This document shows, one piece after another, positions 63,301 through 64,000 of a stretch of 64,000 nucleotides of DNA. The translations under genes were made by a program, and so were the position numbers. The stretch comes from Lama glama (taxonomy: Eukaryota). Positions within the stretch are counted from its first letter, which is position 1; the number at the start of each line of letters is the position of its first letter. The notes beneath the pieces were generated by a model. It was not told where the DNA came from, ran no database searches, and saw only the letters and a list, made by a program, of their open reading frames with translations. Location of the stretch: the NCBI GenBank assembly GCA_028534125.1, contig CM052818.1:5582001-5646000 (forward strand), given 5' to 3'.

Positions 63301-64000
63301 TCCTTTGTTTACAAAGCAATCACTACTAAAAGCCTGTTTTTTTTTTAAGCCGAATTTGCCTTAATTAAAATATTTGTATATTTTTCCTTAGCTTTGGGAA
63401 GCACTTTTTATAGCGGCAATTTTATTTAAATAAAATTATAAGCTAGTCCAGCTTAAACATGTTATTTTGGACCATTTAGCTGGCTGCCATGCAGAAATTC
63501 TGGACAGCTGTTCTGGAAAATTGGTTAATAACCAGTTTTATCCAATGAGAACAGAGAGCATATTTATAAAAATTAGATTTTGACGTCTGGTCTCTTCAAT
63601 TCCTGTCATTAATTTCCTAATAAACATATACAGCTCTTCCTAGGTAACATCCTTGGTAAAAGACTTAACTCAGGCCTTAGGTTTGCCATTATGTGCAAGA
63701 ATAATTTCACTGATCTGATACTAGATGAGTAATTCGGCTGGATGTAATCAGAGTCTACAGTTAGTTTAGTACCCTTAGGCCTTAAATTTGCAGATATTAG
63801 GAGTTTAAGTCAGCTTAAAGAAATCAGTGACTATTATTAAATAATTTACTTTGTGGCTAAAATTTCCAAATACATGTATGTATGTCTTAGGGAGCTAAAA
63901 TGAATTATTTCTATTTACTGCATTAATCATTAAAAAAAATTTTGGGGGGGTGGCAGTAAACAAATTTTGCAAGCAGTGGAGTCAGCATGACAAAAATAAT

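Overview
Mammalian genomic DNA with no protein-coding exon or true RNA gene that I can support. The species is probably a camelid, inferred from eight copies of a tRNA-Ala-derived SINE that resembles the camelid Vic-1 family. The first ~50 kb is intergenic or intronic sequence made of ancient eutherian repeats (MIR, L2, old L1M, MLT1/ERVL LTRs, MER58), younger 5'-truncated L1 3' ends, Vic-1-like SINEs (many with visible target-site duplications, TSDs) and a 100-N assembly gap. From ~50.2 kb to the end the sequence is essentially transposon-free. There CpG-rich islands (~54.5-55.8, 58.3-61.1, 62.5-63.3 kb) alternate with AT-rich blocks dense in homeodomain/SOX/POU motifs, the pattern typical of the flank of a developmental transcription-factor gene lying outside the window. 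The most notable observations are: a SINE-L1 composite enclosed by one perfect 14-bp TSD (candidate chimeric retrotranscript, 9304-9678); a 9:0 strand bias of the young L1 fragments; the transposon-free CpG-island domain; a SOX/POU motif cluster at 51.4-51.6 kb; and a candidate promoter/first exon at ~63.0-63.2 kb. Repeat family names were assigned by eye from remembered consensus sequences, and boundaries of old repeats are approximate. I cannot claim a genuinely new biological system from the sequence alone.
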